The notes beneath the pieces were generated by a model, which was not told where the DNA came from, did no database searches, and saw only the letters and a program-made list of their open reading frames with translations. Shown here piece after piece: positions 62,919 to 64,000 of a stretch of 64,000 nucleotides of DNA. The first letter of the stretch is position 1. Each line of letters opens with the position of its first letter. Made by a program: the position numbers and the translations under genes. The stretch is from positions 1 to 64,000 of the forward strand of contig CAWGVG010000008.1 in assembly GCA_963825865.1 (NCBI GenBank), in the 5' to 3' direction. The stretch comes from an uncultured Nitrososphaeraceae archaeon. Its GTDB lineage: Archaea; Thermoproteota; Nitrososphaeria; Nitrososphaerales; Nitrososphaeraceae.

Positions 62919-63583
62919 CTAAGACGAGACGCAATTTACATTGCCAGTAAATGTTGCTGTCTGACCATTAGCAGCTCTGAAATTTATTGTTACTCCTGTT
63001 CCACATTGTCCATTTATGGTAATAGCAGTAGGAAGAGTGGTGCTGACAAAACATAGGTTGTCAACTGTTTCTGTGCCTTGAACGGTGTAGCTGCCGGATT
63101 GAATATTTCCACTAGTAATAGAGCCTGACTTCAATAATGTACTATTTATGATGATTGTAAATGTTCCAGAGAATATGCCATTTTGTCGAGTGGCACTAAA
63201 TGTGATATCTCCAAGTCCACCGGTGGCACCCTGAGGACAGAAAACATTTTGTTGTAGGCCGTTACCAGTTCCCTGACCTGAAATTTCTATTGTTGTTTGC
63301 GCCTGTAGACCTTGTTCACAGATCGCGCTTGGATGAGTACATATCTTGTTTAATCTTGTTGTTCTACTAAATTATCAAATCCACTTTCTCTAGCATTTTG
63401 TCTGGCTGTCTGGTCGGTAACTGTATTTCCATTTCCATTATCTTGTGCTCCTTTCTTTATGTAAGCAAATGCTCCTGATGGTAGTGTCAAAATTGAGGAT
63501 GATGATACTACTAATGTTGATGCCGTTAACATAAGAACTACTACTGCTGATAAAGTAGTTCTCGTTGTAGTCATGTTGTTCAT
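62919..63583 (-). CDS. Modular secreted protein (frameshift near 63350)
   Basis: Signal peptide ...GAFA-Y; DNGNGNTVTDQTARQNARESGFDNLVEQQD/NKICTHPSAICEQG; then a beta-rich Cys domain ending TFTGNVNCVSS. Confidence 0.75.
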
Positions 63584-64000
63584 ATTTATCAATATGATAT
63601 CATCTGTATATTTGACGGTTTTATCGATGTTGAAGATAAGAGAAAAGAGATTAGTAAGCGGCTTGGGGAAATTATAGAGAATGATCCTCATCTAAAAGAA
63701 ATAGCTTCAAAGCTCGAAGAGATGGCCAAGAAGGAGGTTTACGATAATTCTGCTAGTACTGCAATAAATGATGATGAGGAGTGAGTGCCTAGATTTTAAT
63801 GCAAAAGAGAAAATAACATTTGCAAGATTTCATGAGATTTTTAGCAACAGGAAAAATGATGATGATGACGAGGACGAAAGAGCTGTTCCAATAATGAAAA
63901 TAACTGAAAAAACAGAAAGTCCAGTTATAGCAACGAAAGCGAGATTACTGGACCAGGCTTTTCCCGTTCTGGTTGATTTATTAAATTCTGAGCTAGTAAT

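Overview
AT-rich archaeal DNA. The gene content (TFB, RadA N-terminus, archaeal tyrosine integrases, FxLYD and CBS proteins, archaeal IS6/IS5/IS1595) points to a soil Nitrososphaeraceae (Thaumarchaeota) genome; this is my inference from family recognition, not a database search. The first ~11 kb is a stress/redox cluster (ArsB/NhaD-type transporter, M50-CBS, FMN reductase, CBS proteins, PQQ propeller, aldehyde and alcohol dehydrogenases). The rest is a mosaic of intact small genes and abruptly joined gene fragments, with remnants of integrative elements (three integrases, a tRNA 3' half, terminase large-subunit pieces, four small-terminase-like HTH genes, no capsid or portal) and defence-like domains (TIR, SIR2, KAP NTPase, Mrr-like nuclease, class III cyclase). 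Main observations: (1) two near-identical inverted IS5-family copies have swapped flanks, so a TIR gene and a secreted-protein gene are each split with halves ~22 kb apart, implying a 21.4 kb inversion or a repeat mis-join; (2) three secreted proteins share an N-terminal Gln/Asn/Cys module but carry unrelated C-terminal domains; (3) single-base frameshifts cluster at GCWGC, suggesting modified-base sequencing errors and thus a host methylation motif; (4) solo IS6 ends sit at fragment junctions. No rRNA, complete tRNA or CRISPR array was seen.
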